DNA of 61,776 nucleotides from Octopus bimaculoides (taxonomy: Eukaryota). The DNA is taken from positions 41,957,126-42,018,901 of the forward strand of contig NC_068997.1 of the NCBI RefSeq assembly GCF_001194135.2, in the 5' to 3' direction. The notes beneath the pieces are model-generated. The model did not search any database and had not been told where the DNA came from. It saw only the letters and a program-made list of their open reading frames with translations. Made by a program: the position numbers and the translations under genes. Below, piece by piece: positions 60,901 to 61,776 of this stretch. Each line of letters opens with the position of its first letter. Within the stretch, counting starts at the first letter, position 1.

Positions 60901-61425
60901 ATCACGACAAAAGTTAATCAGTGTAGTAGTGGTTGTTGTTGTTGTTTAGTCTAAGATTAGATCTGATTGAGTCAATTTAAGATAAAAGGCAATGCCACCA
61001 CCGTGAGCACCTCTTTGTTTTGATATCATAGACTACATTGTCCAACGTACAATTTCTTTTTAAAGACACTATGATGCACGATGTGATGGCGACTTGGCTG
61101 CTATTCGTAGCGTTTCGAGCGACAATGCAGAGTCCCCCAAGTTGATTCGTAACTCTTTAGTTGCTGGTTAACTCAAATCATCCTTGATCGAACACTTTTT
61201 ATGATGAAAAGTATTCCAGCCGTGACCATCTCGCCTCTTTAGTAGACACTGCAGAACGTAGCTAGAACTAACGAGAACACATCCAATGCGTTCTATTTTT
61301 CCAGACGACAGGGATGTAATTTGAGAGAGATGTGACTGGTATTTGTAGCAAACTCTATTTAAACTTTATGAAAATGATATAGCAGTCTTAAAAATGAAAT
61401 AGAATTAAGAGCTTTGGTATATGTA

Positions 61426-61468
<43 letters not shown>

Positions 61469-61739
61469 CATTCTTTTATTCTTTTACATGTTTCAGTCAT
61501 TTGACTGCGGCCATGCATATATACATATAATTGAAGTGTCTTATTAGTAATATTTGCATCAAGGATATTGGGATAAATAGGCAATTCTACCTGGGCGACC
61601 GAGATAATGTATACGATTCCATCAGAGTTCAGTTAAACAATAGATGTATAATTTCCATTGAAAAACACATTTGCGGGGGAAAAATACATTACACCAATTA
61701 AAAATAATGCAACCTATTAAATACGTTCTTCGAAACTCG

Positions 61740-61776
<37 letters not shown>

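Overview
This is AT-rich eukaryotic genomic DNA packed with repeats and broken by 11 N-gaps. The SINE families and the very high microsatellite density suggest an octopus/cephalopod draft assembly (inference). I found no intact host protein-coding gene, rRNA, true tRNA or CRISPR array. Most ORFs in the track are artefacts of microsatellites or N-runs. The window is essentially a transposon graveyard. It holds at least four tRNA-headed SINE families and many Tc1/mariner relics and MITEs, including a DD37D maT-type element. It also holds a near full-length Charlie/Buster hAT, a near full-length Chapaev3-type transposon, two related solo LTRs, a Gypsy pol relic, RTE 3' ends, a Penelope GIY-YIG fragment and two R4/Dong-type RLE LINE copies. 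Two observations stand out. (1) A tRNA-headed SINE ends in a minimal type-I hammerhead ribozyme of the Penelope type; there are 4 copies, all with core mutations. (2) Two divergent, independently 5'-truncated RLE LINE copies each sit between (CATA)n tracts in the same polarity, which suggests microsatellite-targeted retrotransposition. Also notable are a 760-bp foldback, an unidentified ~2 kb decayed coding relic, a 41-nt segment shared between the LINE and the neighbouring Gypsy relic, and several datable nested insertions. Boundaries were read by eye and are approximate unless a TSD or TIR is quoted.
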